Below are positions 34,362 through 47,914 of a stretch of DNA of 56,255 nt, in pieces (position 1 is the first letter of the stretch; each line of letters begins with the position of its first letter). Location of the stretch: assembly GCA_963575745.1 (NCBI GenBank), contig CAUYUJ010000099.1, positions 62,001 to 118,255 of the forward strand, written 5' to 3'. The stretch comes from Prorocentrum cordatum (Eukaryota). The position numbers and the translations under genes were made by a program. A model generated the notes under the pieces. That model had not been told where the DNA came from and searched no databases. It was given only the letters and a program-made list of their open reading frames with translations.

Positions 34362-36700
34362 CCGGCCTTGAGTAAGTCCGACATGGTTCGCAATTGTCTT
34401 CGCAACTCTTCCGGTATGGATGCCGCCCTCTGCATGCTTTGCTGTGTTCCATGTTTGTGTACACGGGCGTTCTGCAACGTGTTTCCTCTTGTCCTGTAGT
34501 TCATGTTCTCTCACTGCCGAGGGCGAGGTTTTGCATCCTCTGCATGCGCTATCCGTTGGGCCGCCGCGAGGTGCTCGTGCCCCCCGCGCTGGACAAGGAT
34601 AATGGTTTTCTTCTGCAGTGCTGTGCGGCATGCTGGCTTTCTGGAGGCCGCTCCGGCGCGGCGTCCGCGCCGTTCCGCAGTGCCGGGGCCCCCGCTGCCG
34701 AGGCCACACCACCTCCCGAAGAGCCAGACCATCGGTCGCGGCCTGGTGTGCGCCCTGGCCTCCGCCACAGGCGGGCGCAGATGCCAGCTTTGCTTTCTTC
34801 AGGAGGGGAAAAAACACGCAGACACAGTGAATCGTCGACTCCCAGGAAAATGTGGGAAAATATGGGACGTGGGGGGGGGAAGACAGAAACCCAGAAGATA
34901 TGGGAAAATATGGAGAATCTTTTTATTTGTGTGTATTTATTTATGTGTCCTGGGGCCCCTTCAGAGACATGCGGTGCGTGCTCTGGGAGCGCCCGGGGGC
35001 AGGGAGGCTGGCCGCGTCCATCTGCTCAGGCGGGGGCGCGGCAGTCCACGTTGCACGCCGTGCAGGAGCAGCCCAACCAGCATGGTGCATTGAGTACAGG
35101 CGTGTCCGCGGATTCGCCATTGCCTGTCTCAGGGTCCACTGCGGCCGAGGAAGGTGGTAGCCTGGGCCCTGGTGCCGTTCATCCAGAGTCCAAAAGCCAC
35201 GAGGGCGTCTCTCCCTTCCCCTGCTCCAACTGAGACAGAAAAGGCAACGGTGTGCATTTCGCATTCAGAAGAACTCGTCGGTTCTCGTGTGGCTTCTTCT
35301 CTGCCAGCCCACGGGCCTACGACGCCTGTGAAAGTCCTTCACAGGCGTCGTAGGCCCATGTGCTGTGCTTTCCAGGCTGGATTATATCCACCTGCTCGTA
35401 CGTGCGCTTTACAATTGCAAAGGTCATTTTTCAAGAGCCCAGAAAACAATGAAATCCCCACCATCGAAAGTACCATCTCAGACACCTCCTCCTACACCCT
35501 CCTAAGACATTTCAGACCAATTAGAACACCAAGGATACAAGTGAAAGATGGCATCTTGGGCCCTGGGTCCTTTGCGACCGAGGAATGTGGTAGCTTGGGC
35601 TCTGGTGCAGCACTGCCAGGGTCTAAAAACCATGAGGGCATGACGGCGGACGTCCCGAAGGTCGTCCTTGAGAAGAGCCGCTGGCACATGCCACCCAACG
35701 CTGATGCTGCAGATTTTTTTCTAGCGCGATTGGGATGGAGCGCTACTCAATGTGTCTAGATGTTGAGATTGGCCTTTTGGTTTGCGTTTCACATCAGACT
35801 AGCTATTTCTTGCTCGGGGAGTTTTACACCCGGCATGCGAGGTGTCTGGAGTTGGCTTGTCGATTGCAGGATACAGACGAAGTTCGGCGATGTTGTTGCG
35901 TGGTCGTTCCGAGCACTCGCCGAGGAATACTCGCCCGACGCGCCCCCCGCGGTCTCCAAGCCCAGGATCATTAGCCTCGCTGCCGAGCTGGGCCTCGAGG
36001 GAGCTATCTAACGTCTTGAGAAGAACATCGAGGTGCTGCGAGGCTCCCTCGGTAGTGCGGCCCAGGCCTCGCTCGACAAAAGGCTGGGTCTTCGAAGCCA
36101 AGATATTGGAGTTAAGGCTGAGTGTGGCCTGAGTGCTTCGCCCTCGTATCCTCCTCGCTCCTCTCGCGCCGCTGCGCTTGCTTCTCCTGTTTCTTTTCGC
36201 ACTGCAAATACTTTGGGTGCCACTTCACAGAATCAGACTGTTACGAAATGTTTAGGGCGTGCCCTTACACGCAACATTCGAAGGACAGCAAAAATGATTC
36301 GGGATCGCGCGTGCGACTTCGGCGACCAGATGCAGCATCACCTGGATGATTTCAGAGGAAACCGATGAGTTGAAGGCCTCATCGAGCTGAGCTGTGTGAC
36401 TGATTTGCGGGAGTTTGAGCGACACATCTAGGACAGCTAACATGTAACATATACACCAGATTGCATGGAGTTCCTTGTCGTGGCGGTTCCCCACAGGGAT
36501 TCCTTATTGTGGCGGGTTTCGAAAGGATCCCATGGTGGCGGATTACAGAAGAATTCGTTTTGTGACAGCGCAGGACGAGACCACGGAAAAACGTGAAACA
36601 GTTTGCAAATATGAGCAAATCTCTGACGCGGCGGCGGCCTTTCCAAAGTTGGGAGGCGCATCTGCCGCCCCCCCCCCCTTCAAAGTTGACAGGCACTTGG
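34362..36700 (+). pseudogene. Decayed retroposed sequence downstream of the SL relic, unknown product
   Basis: Broken + strand frames. Internal peptide repeat EEGGSLGPGAVHPESKSHEG / EECGSLGSGAALPGSKNHEG. 3' end uncertain. Confidence 0.45.
34799..34963 (+). mobile_element. Family A copy 5
   Basis: TCA...TCA flanks; inserted in the SL-capped relic. Confidence 0.9.
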
Positions 36701-37084
36701 AACACTCGCGCGCAGGCGATTGCGCTCGCGGTGCCAATGTTGGAGGGGACGGGGGGGGGCGGCGGAACCCCGTCTTCCGTTATGCGTTGTTCTGGTTGCT
36801 AACGACGCATCTTTCAGCTCAGGGTATGATCGCGCTTCCCACTCCGCCATGTGAAATGTCACCTTCGCCTTATCCATCCAGGCAGACAACAGACAACACC
36901 CAACCAGACAACTAACGCGTTTTCGCTGACCAGGCAGCACGCAGACATTCCCTTACCAGACAGCCAACAGGCATCACCCAGCCAGACAGTTAACATGCAT
37001 TCATTTACCAGGTACCACACGGGCATTCCTTGACAAGGCAGTACGCAGGCATTCCCTTCTAAGTGGAAGCCACGGTGGCGTGCG

Positions 37085-38135
37085 AAGGAGGAGGGGGAGG
37101 AGGAGGAGGAGGAGGAGGAGGAAGAGAGGAGGAGGAGGAGGAGGAGGAAGAGGAGGAGAAGGAGGAGGAGAGTAATGATGATGACGATGGTGTCCAGTTC
37201 GATGGCGATGATGATGAGGATGAGGGTGGGGATGGCGATAGCGACGAGTCTGATGATGCTGACGACGATGGCGATTATGATGATGCTGATGATGATGATG
37301 GTGGTGATGATGTTGGTGCTGTTGATGATGGTGATAACGATGATGGTGGTGATTCTTATAGTGATGGCGAAATGGCGATGATCCCCCCGATGAGGATGAT
37401 GATGGTGGTGGTGGTGATGACGATGACGACGATGACGATGGCGATGACGATGGTGACGATGACGCTGATGAAGACCTTGATGATTATGATGATGACGATG
37501 ATGATGCTGATGCTGATGATGGTGGTGGTGCTGCGGAGGATGAGGATGAGGATGAGGATGAGGATGAGGAGGAGGGGAATGACGAAGAGGAGCGGTGATG
37601 CCGTGACGGGATGCTGGATATATAGAGGCGTGTGTTCGAGGGATGGTAGCCAGATGGGTGATGGATACGTAAGGAAGGGGTGGGGGAGGGCGGGAGACAT
37701 GGATGGAGGCGTCATGGAGGGATGAGGTTGGATGGAGGGAGGCGCTCATGCTGCATTGATGGAGGGGTGGTGGCAACTGTATGGAAGAGGGGGGGGGGGG
37801 GCCCAGAGGGCTGGAGACAGGCTGCGTGGAGGGAGGAGGAACGAACAGGAATTGGAGGAGGAGGAGGAGGAGGACGTGGAGGAGGAGGAGGAGAAGCAGC
37901 AGCTGGCAGGAGGAGGAGGAGGAAAAGAGAAACGCGGACGGCGGACGGACTCGTCACTCCTCCTCCTTTTCCTCCTCCTCCTCCTACTCCCTCCTCCTCC
38001 TCCTCCTCCTCCTGCTTCCTCCTCCTCCCTCCTCCCTCCCCCCTCTTCCTTCCTTCCTTTTTTCCTCGTTCCACCTCCACCTTCCTCGTTCTCCTCTGCC
38101 TCCTCCTCCTCCTCCTCCTGCCTCCTCCTCCTCAC

Positions 38136-38178
<43 letters not shown>

Positions 38179-38231
38179 CATCATCATCATCATCATCATC
38201 GCCATCATGATCCTCATCATCATCATCATCA

Positions 38232-38268
<37 letters not shown>

Positions 38269-38337
38269 ACATTTCATCACCACCACCATCATCATCATCA
38301 TCATCACCATCCTCATCATTATTATCATCGTCATCAC

Positions 38338-38421
<84 letters not shown>

Positions 38422-38447
38422 ACTCATCATCATCATCATCATCATCA

Positions 38448-38518
<71 letters not shown>

Positions 38519-40680
38519 ATCACCACCATCATCATCATCAGCATCATCATCATCATCATCATCATCTGCATCCTCATCTTCACCTTCCCCACCCTCCCCC
38601 CCCTCTCCTCCTCCTCCTCGCCTTCCTCCTCCCTCCTCCTGCTCGTCTGAAGAAATGGATGAGGAGCGAGAGGAGGAGGAGGAGGAGGAGGAGGAGGAGG
38701 AGAAAGAGCAGAATAAGGCGGAAGAGGAGGAGGAGGAGGAGGAGTAGGAGGAGGAGGAGGGGAGGAGGAGAATGAAAGAGACGTGAAAGGCGGCGGGGGC
38801 TGGGTGCAAAGGGTGGTGGATTTATACGAGAGAGAGAGAGAGAGCGAGAGAGAGAGAGAGGACGCTAGAGAGAGAGAGAGAGAGGACGCTAGAGCAGCAT
38901 GGGGAGGAGGTGGGTGAGGAGGAGGAGGAGGAGGGCGAAGAAAGAAATCTCCTCCACGGTTCAGCCACAAAAAACAAACAACCGAGACAACCCAAACCCC
39001 TCTCCTCCCCCCACGCCTTCCTTCCACTATCCCCAACCCACCTCCTCCCTCCCTCCTCCTCTTAGACTCCTTTTTTACGACGACCTAAACCTGCCTCCCT
39101 GCCCTCGCTCCTCCTCAATCTCCTCCTCGCATCCTCCTCCTCCTTGCCCTATCCTCAGCCAACTCCCACCCCCCTTCCCCGCCCATCCCCCGTTCCCCTT
39201 CTTCCCACCCCCGTTCCTCTCCCTTCTTCCCTTCCTCCCTTCTCCCCCCTCCCCCTTTCTTCCCCCCCCCACCTCTTTTACTCTTCCTTCTCGCCGCACC
39301 ACTCCCATCGCCCTCAACCTTATAACCTGTCCCCTTCCCCGTTCCCCCTCAGCTCCTCCTCCTTCTCCTCCTCCTCCTTTTCCTCCTCCTCCTCCTCCTC
39401 CTCATCATCATCCTTCTTCTCCTACTCTTCATGCTGTTCCTCTTCGATCGTGCTCCTCCCCCTCCCGTTCATCCTCCTGCTGAGGTTGCTGGTGCTGGTG
39501 CTCCTCCTCCTCCTCCTCCTCGTCCTCCTTCTCCCCACTCTCCTCCTCCTCCTCCCCACTCTCCTTAGCTCTCCCCTCCGTCCCTCTGCCTGTCTATCCT
39601 CTCCCCTCCTCCTCCTCCTCCCCTCCTCCTCCTCCTCCTCCTCCTCCTCCTCCTCCTCCTCCTCCTCCTCCTCCTCCTCCTCCTCCTCCTCCTGCTCCAC
39701 CTTTTCGCCATGATTCCTCTGCATGTGTTGCTGGGACACACCTTCCTTCTTGACAGGGGGCTCCCATTGCGGGTGCTGGTGCTGAGGCTCCTTTTGCATG
39801 TGCTGCTGGTGCGTGCCTTCTTTTTCGATGCTGAGCCTCCCATTGGGGGTGCCGGTGCTGATGCTCATCTTGCTACGTCTCCTCTCCATTCTTTGGCTCT
39901 TTCTCACCAGTGCTCCTCCTTATCAATCAGTCTCACTCCTCGTCATCCTCCTCCCCCTACTCTTCATCCTCCTCCTCGCGCCCCCTCTTCCCCTGCCTCC
40001 CTCATCAGCATCCTCATCATCTTCCTGCTCCCCCTCCTCCTCTCCCCCGTCGCTCCTTCTTTTCCTCATCGTTTCACACTTCCTCTTCCTCCGAGGAGGA
40101 CGGGGAGGAACGCGAACAGCAAAAGAAATGATAGCAAAGAAGGACGGGGAGGAGGGGGAGGAGGAGGATGAATGAGGATGAGGATGGCAAGGAGGACAGA
40201 CAGGAAGGAAGGCGGACGAGAAGGAGGAACAGGGAGAGGAGGAGGAGGAGGAGGAGGCCGAGATGGAAGTGAATTGAGGAGGAGGAAGAGGAACATGAGG
40301 AGGAGGAGGAAAAGGAGGAGGGGGAGAGAGGGACGACGAGCGAGCAGGAGGAATGATAACAATCATCAGTGGATAAAATGAGTGAGGCGGCGGAGGCAGG
40401 AGGAGGGGGATAAGGAGCGATAGAAGGAGGAGGAGGAGGAGGAGGACGACGACGACGACGAGGACGAGGAGGACGAGGAGGAGGAATGAGGAGGAATGAG
40501 GATTGCTAGCGACGAGAAATGATGACGGTGCGGCTGTTGCTGACTGTATGATGATGTTGATGGTGCTGTTGCTGCTGATGATGATGACGATGATGATGAT
40601 GATGATGATGATGATGCTGATGCTGATGTTACGGATGAAGTCGATGATGTGAGGACAGGGGTTATGATAGTAGAAGGAAG
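37085..40680. repeat. 3.6-kb low-complexity block of (GGA)n/(GAT)n/(CCT)n/(CAT)n/(GA)n
   Basis: Directly visible. Confidence 0.96.
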
Positions 40681-40689
40681 TGATCTGCA

Positions 40690-43600
40690 GTTTTCTCGGG
40701 CCGAGCCCGCCCCGCGCTGCGCGCCAGGCGCGCTCGCGTTTGGTGCGAAGGGGGCCCGCGGCGAGAGCACGGGCGGTCCACGAGCCTGCCCCTGGATTCG
40801 AGGCCTCGTCCAAGGCCGCTCCCAGCGGCGAGGAGGCCGCGCCAGAAGCGGCGGAGGACCCAGAGGGGGGCCCCTGGGTCGTCATCCCAGACAGCACCCA
40901 TCGCGGGCCACCCGGGGGGGCGGCATGCGCCGAACCTGCGGTTCGGGCGCCTGCGGCAGCGCTGGTCGCCCGAGTCTGCTCGTCAAAAAGCCGAACCTGT
41001 GGTTCGGGGTGCCCGTGCCGCCGGCAGCCACTGCGACGCAATCTGGGCCGCCTCGGGTTCAAACGAGGACCCCGTCGGGGTGCACGCGGCCCGTCGTTGG
41101 GCGAGGCAATTGACAAGTTCTTCGACGAGCAGCGGTACTATTCATACGATTGCGATGATATGACGACGCTGCCACCTGGGCCGCTGCAGCAGTCGGGGAA
41201 CGTCCCGCTTCGCTCGTGGTAACTCGAGCTACGTATATGCAGCCAGGGCCTGAGCCGCTGGCACGGCAGCGCGGCGCGAGAGGTCGGCGTCTAGCTCGCG
41301 AGACTCGATGTTCCGTCGCCGTCGACGCCTTGACCCAAGAAGACCTCAGCGACCTTGAGCTGGAGGAGCTCATTGCGGTGCCCGCCGTCTGCCTCCCCTG
41401 CGACGCCGACCCGCTCCGCTCGCCTCCATAGAGCATGTCTCGGCGACGTCGCGGCCGGCCTTAGAAATGCCGGCAGACGTGGCCTGCGCGAAGGTCTCGC
41501 TGGCGTTCCTGGACGTGGCCTGCGCGAAGGTCTCGCCGGCGTTCCTGGCGCGACTCACCGAAAGCTCCGCGGAGGACGAGGTGATCGAGTTCTTCGACTC
41601 AGCTGGCGGACCTGCTCAGCCAGACCCGCTCGAACTGGCCGATCTCGCCCCGCAGACGATTGGAACAGCGGGATCTTTCTCCGACCCGTCGCGTTCCCCG
41701 ACCCCCCGGACGACCCGGGGCGCGTCGGCTCTCAGCTCGCCGTCGACGGGCAGCTCTATTAAGGTGCCCCACCACCGACGAGCACGACGGCGAGGGCACG
41801 GGGGGCGACGAGGCCGACGCAGCCCGCGAGGCTGCCGCGCAGGAAAGGGCAAGTCTGCCGCGCGGCGCCTGCGCGGCGGGCAGCGTGGGCGCGGAGGGCG
41901 AGGGGCCCCTGGCGGGCCTTGGAAGCCCATGGCCCCGCCCACCAGGTGCCCCCCCTTCCACGGCGACGCCGCCGCTGGCCGCGCCCGCGGCATGGCCTGC
42001 GCCCGCCGCCCCCCCCGCCGCGCGCGGGCGCGCGGCGAGCAGCGCCAGGAATGCAGCGGGCCCTCGGCGCGTCAACGCGCCCCACGACGATCTGCAGATC
42101 GTCCTCGGGAGCTACAGACGCGATTTGCTGGGGGCCGTCGGCAGCCAACCGAGGCGCTTCTCGCGCCGAATCGAGCAAAGAGAAGCATGGCGGCCCATGG
42201 CCTCGCATCTGCAGGCGCCCCCCCCGCCGCTCCGGGGTCGCCCCCCCGGGCAGGGTCTTCCGCGAGCGCGCCGGCGCTTATCCTTTTCGTTCCGAACAGA
42301 TCCCCCCTCCAGAGCTGGCCCGCGGCGCCGCCCAGGACAGCGGCTCAGCTTCCGGGGGCGCCGCCCGCCCCGACCCCCCCCCAGCCCAGGGCGGCAGAGG
42401 AGGCCCTGGCGAGGGCTCGGGGGCCGCCCCCCGCCGCGCGGGCAGGGCGGCCGCGCGGCTCCGGAAAGGAGGGCCGACCTCGACATCAGGGCCCCGTCGA
42501 GGCAGGCGGCCGCGGCGTAGACGAGGCCGCCCACCAGCTTGCGACGCGGCAGGCGCTGGGGAATGTCAGCGACTCCAAGACGGAGGGCCAGCCCACCCTG
42601 GGACCCTGAGCGACCTCCTGGGGCGCAACCTCGAGCTCCGGACAGGCGGGCCCAGTGGCCTGGATCAGCGGCGCCCAGGGGGCAGCGGGACCCCCAGCGC
42701 TCAACGGGGCCATCGAGCGCGAACCGCAGAGGGTCTGCCCACATCGACGCCGCGGCTTTCACCGAGCTCGGCCGCGACACCACTGGCGCGCCGTGGAGCG
42801 CGACGCTCTGCGGCAGGCAGAGGATCAGGTTCGGGCGCCTCGGGTCACGGGCGCTTCCGTGGATGCTTGCGCTCCTCCACGCGCCGCGCAGGTCGCAGCG
42901 GCGCGACCTCCGCAGTACCAGGATCGGCCAGTTTCCGAAGGCCGCGCAGCATTCAGCGAATGCGACCGGCCCCCGGAGACCGGCCCAGCTGATCACGGGG
43001 CCCCCAGGCCCGCGGCCAAGAGCGGGCCGGGCGGCGAGTGGCCCCGCGAACCCGGCGGCCTCGGTCGCCCACTCGCGGTAAACAGAGGCGCTCGAGAGCG
43101 CCCTCAAGGGAGGGCGGGGGGGCGCCGCCAAGGATCGCATCGGCAGGGGCCGCGCCTGGAACAAGACCAGAAAGTGCACCGACAGGAGGGGGCGGGGCGG
43201 CGGCGGCGGCGGCGGGGGGGGGGGCCAACGATCGTCTCCAGATGGGCCCGACAGCTCAGACACACACCGGGGGGGGCCAGCTCAGGAGTCGGGCCTTCAT
43301 CGTCGATGCTTGCGAATCCAGCTTCGGAGGCCACCGTCGATTCGGCGATCTGCGCCCTTCTTGCGCCCAGCCTGCCGACTCTGTTCTGCGCCTTCCTCGA
43401 GGCGGCGCCCCAGTTCACCCCGGCGGGGCATCTTGCCGCCCAGCCGCGTCAAGAGCTGCCCATGCCCCGCGGGCTTTCCCACGAGTGGCGCGAGAGTGCG
43501 GCTGCGCCACGGCCGCCGCAGATGCGTGCACGGTGGCTTCGGAAGAGACGTCGGCGGCGCTGGGCCAAAGCGCCCGTCGCGCATCTCCCCCGGCTCTCGC

Positions 43601-44320
43601 TCGGGCGCCCCGCAGGGGGGGGGTCGACGGCATCCTGCCTCGGCGCGCCCTTGACCGAGAGGCGGTGGCAGCTGGTGCGCCAGCTTGATGACAAGAACGG
43701 CCGTTGCCGGGTCGAGGAGCCCATGCCGCCCCTGACTGGCACCATCGCTGGCGCCCCGTCCATCTGGCGCAACGATCTGGCCCCAGGAGCCAGACGCGCC
43801 GCCTGGGCGCGGCAGCATCTTCCGCACGCCCCGCGCCCTTGACCTCGAACCACGTCGCCGCCCCAATCAGCTGCCCCCCATGCGCGCGCGCGGGCCATCG
43901 GGCCGCGGCGGCAGCGCATGCGCGGGGCGTTCGGCTCCATCGACAGGCGCCGCCGCAACGCATTCGAGAAGTCTTCGAGAGAGGTCCTCCGAAAGTGCGC
44001 TTTTGCGGCAGGGCTCCCCGGCAGTCAGCGCGCCTGCCTCGAGCGCCTCGCCGCCCTGCCCCCATGTTTCGCAGCTCACGGAGCCGTTCCTCCCGAAGAG
44101 CGGGCGCTCGTCGATCTCCGCGGACGACGCCGAGGATGTCGCCCACCTCCTGCAGCGGCCGGCCCAGGAGTCCGACATTGGTTTTGAACTTAGGGCCGGC
44201 GACCTGCTGGAGCAGGGGGTCTCCCACGAGGTGGACCTCCTCCGCCGGCGCGGTTATGACTGGGTCTCGCTGGCCCGCATGGCATTATTTGACCGGGGGC
44301 TCGCCCCCCCCACCGCCCCC
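40690..44320 (+). mobile_element. Second, heavily decayed and 3'-truncated DIRS-like element (gag-like + start of RT)
   Basis: GC-rich broken frames: APWSATLCGRQRIRFGRL...RIGQFPKA, then SISADDAEDVAHLL..P..SDIGFEL...GLAPP (RT-like, ending just before the expected MG motif). Confidence 0.55.
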
Positions 44321-45584
44321 CGCCTCCCAATCGCGCGCGAGAGCGGTCGAATGATTTCGCGCGCGAGAGGCCCGCTGGCTCGCATTTGACGAACACGTTG
44401 GAAAAAAACATGGCTTTCGCAAAAACTTGCAAGAACGCGCAGATGTCGCTGACAAGCCGCGTTGCCAAAGTTTTTTTCATGACGCTGGGCACCACGATCT
44501 TCAATCCGTTGTGAAACCTGCGGGCGCTGGAAGGATCTCGACGTGCGTGCGCGACGCCGCGCGCGTGGACTTTGTCATTGCCTTGTTCAAAGGACTCTTG
44601 CAAATGGTGTGGGGGGGGGGGGGGGGGCGCTACCAGCCTGCCTGGGAGGGTACGAGTTCATCTTGAAGAACAATGGGCGTAATTAGTAGCAAATTGTAAA
44701 TCCCCAGGGGGAGGCGGATAAGTGGGGGGGCGGTCGAGTTGTTGCTCTTTCTCTTGCGAGAAATGAGAGCCCATGGAGCGCAATTCACCCTGTCGTACTT
44801 GAAGTTGTCAACCCAACTGATCGCGCAACCATCCCACTCACCCACCCGCAAAACCCACGCAGTGGCGATTGCGATGACTTCTTGTTGGCGCCGGCTGGCC
44901 CATCGCTGCGGCCGCGCTAGTGCGCGCAGGCTCGTGCGCACAGCGGCCAGCTAGCCTGGCGCGATCGACGCGACCGCGGTGGCGCTGACCGTTTGGGATT
45001 TCCCAGCGCGTCTCGCAGGCTACGCTGACGCGCGGGCACTTTAGTGCGAGTCGGGATTTGGAAGGGCGTGGTATCATGGCGAGCGACGATGATCGTGGCA
45101 GTGCGAGTGACGATAATGACAATGACGACGGCAAGGCCAATGACGGCGCCGATGCTGATCGCGACGCCGATGGCGATGATGGTGTCCACGCGTCGGCGAG
45201 GAAGGTTTTGGGAGGATTTCGACATGCGCGCGCGGCCGATGGGCACGAGTGGCCCGCGAGTGGCCGGGGCGGCGAAGCGGCGACGGGGCGGCGACGGCGG
45301 CAACGTAGCCAGCTGACAGGCTCGGTTCCTTAGAAGGAAAAAGCACGTTGTGTGGGCGCTTGAGGGGGTGCGGGTTGGAATCAGACCCCCCACCCTTCCA
45401 AAATTGAGGGGGGGGGGTCGAGCCCCCCCCCCCTTCTCCCGTGACGGAAGGGGGGGTCGAACTCCCCCCCCGTCTTCTCCTTCCTCCCCTATTTTTCCTC
45501 TCTCCCGCTCTTTGGGCCGGCGCTGGCGTCGGCGGTGGCTGGCGGCGGCGGCGCCAGCGTCTCTTGGGGCCTCTCTGAACTGGC

Positions 45585-46512
45585 GGTGGTGGTGAGTTGT
45601 GGTGGTGGTGGTGGTGGTGGTTGTGGTGGTGGTGGCGGTCGTGGTGGTGGTGGTGGTGGCGGCGGTGGCGGTCGTGGTGGTGGTGGTGTGGTGATTAGTG
45701 ATAGTGGTTGTGGCGGTTGTGGTGGAGGCGGTGGTGGTGGTGGTGGTGTAGTGGTTTGTGGTGGTGGTGGTGGTGGTGGTGGTTGTATGGTGGTTCGTGG
45801 TGGTGATGGTGGTGTGGTGGTTTGTGGTGGTGGTTGTGGTGGTGGGTTGTGGTGCTGATAGTGGCGGTGGAGGTTGTGGCGGTGGTGGTGGTGGTCTGGT
45901 GGACTCTGGTGGTGGTGGTGGTGGTAGTCGTGGTGGGTTGTTTTGTTGCTGGTGGCTGTGGTGGTGGTGTTGGTGTTGGTTTGTTGTGGTGGTGGTGGTT
46001 GTGGTGGTGGTGCTTGTGTGGAGGTTTGTGGTGGTGGTGGTGGGTTACGGCAGTGTAGTGGTTTGTGGTGGTGGCGTTGGTGGTGGTGGCGTGGTGGTTT
46101 GTGGTGCTGGTGCTGGTGATGGTGTTGGTGCTGGTTCTGGTGCTGGTGGGTGGTAAGTGGGGGTGGTGGCGGTGGTAGTGGTGGCGTGGTGGTTTGTGGT
46201 GCTGGTGCTGGTGATGGTGCTGGTGCTGGTGCTGGTGCTGGTGGGTGGTAAGTGGGGTGGTGGTGGTGGCGGTGGTGGTTGTGGTGGTGGTGGTGGTGGT
46301 GTGGTGGTACGTGGTGGTGGTGGTGGGTGGTGGTGTTGTGGGTTGTGGTGGCGGTGGTGGTGGTGGTGCGGTGACTTAAGGTGGTGGTTGTGGTGGTTTT
46401 GGTGGGTTGTGGTGGGTTGTGGTGGTTGTGGTGGTGGTGGTGTAGTGTTTTATGGTGGTGGTGGGTGTTGTGGTGGTTGTGCTGTGGTGGGGTTGGTGGT
46501 GGTGGTGGTGTG
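45585..46512. repeat. Degenerate (GGT)n microsatellite
   Basis: Directly visible. Confidence 0.97.
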
Positions 46513-47914
46513 GCCTTCGAGTCTTCCCGCCACCGTGTCTGGATGTGTGTCACAGTTCTAATGGATGCCTTCTGGGGTCTCGTCAGAGAGGTTTCGGGGG
46601 CGTCTGAGGCGTTTTTTGGGCGTCTCCTGGAACTTCCTAAGAGCCCCCAGTGATTTTTGGGGAGCGAGGGCTCGGTATGGCGATTTATGTTTTCCCGCTG
46701 CGGCCTCTGGGCTCTCTCTGGTCATCGTCGCTGCGTTTTGCCGTTGGTGCTGCCGGCCGCCGTCAGCGCAGGCGCCAGCACCGGCACCGAAGGATGAGGG
46801 GGGGGGTTCGACCCTTCCCCTCCCTCGGAGGGGAGGGGGGCGGTTTGGGGACTGGGGGGGTAGGGGGGAAGGGGGTCGGGGCCCCCCTGGTTCTGATCGA
46901 CGGCGCCGAAAGTTGGGCCCCCCCACCCCCAGTTCGAAACGCGCCGCCGAATGTTCCCAAGGCAAGTCCCGTGAACGCATTTTCTCCTAAGAAGAAAAGT
47001 AGGAACCCCTAAGTTCAATTACCGTTTGGAACAACGAGCCCAAGAGCAGCCCACCCTGTTTCATTGCGTTGCGCCCCCACGGGTGCCCGCGGACTTTGAA
47101 TCCAGCTTAGCGCCGCCAAGGAAGAGAGAAGGCCATGAGATACCGAAATGAATCGAATGTGCGCAAAATATACCAATGGTTAGGACGTGGATGAGGAGGA
47201 GGACGGCGAGGGAACGACAGTGGAATAGAACGGGGATGAAGATAAGTACGCGGGTCATGATGGTGATACTGCAGATTGGATGATAACGAGGAGGAGGAGG
47301 AGGAGGAGGAGGAGGAGGAGGAGGAGGATAAGATGAGATGATGAAGCGCCTTGAAAGGTCGGTTCTCCCAAAACACAAACCTGAGAAGCCACCAATACGC
47401 CAAATGCGCACGGTAGAGAAAGAGGGAAGCGGGAGGAGAGGCGGGAGAGGGGTGAAGCAGAAGAAAGGTGAAGCCCAGCCCAGGATTGAAACCCATGATA
47501 CTGAAAGAAAGAAATCATGAATGACAGATTGTCCAATGTCCCAAATGAATCCCACCACAAGGTCTCTCTTGCTTTGAATGAAGATGAGAAAAATGAGAAA
47601 CGTAATGCAAGATAATGGAGCATGCTCAAATTGATCAACAATATCTTGAGTGACTTGAGTAATTCTTGAAGCCAATCTTGAGGGCATATAGTCCCAAGGT
47701 CTGAAGTAAGTAAGAAGTGAAGAAATCTTCCATTAAGTCTCATGAAACCCATTGAACATAAGTAGCAACCAAGACGGTTATATGTACTGAAAGAGAGTCT
47801 AAAATAGAAACTGAATGTCCCAAACACGCAATGAATCCAGAAGATACGGAGGCATACAAAATGGATTGTCAAAGCCGAGTGAGAACTCATCCGTGAGAAC
47901 CCACCCAAGGCATA

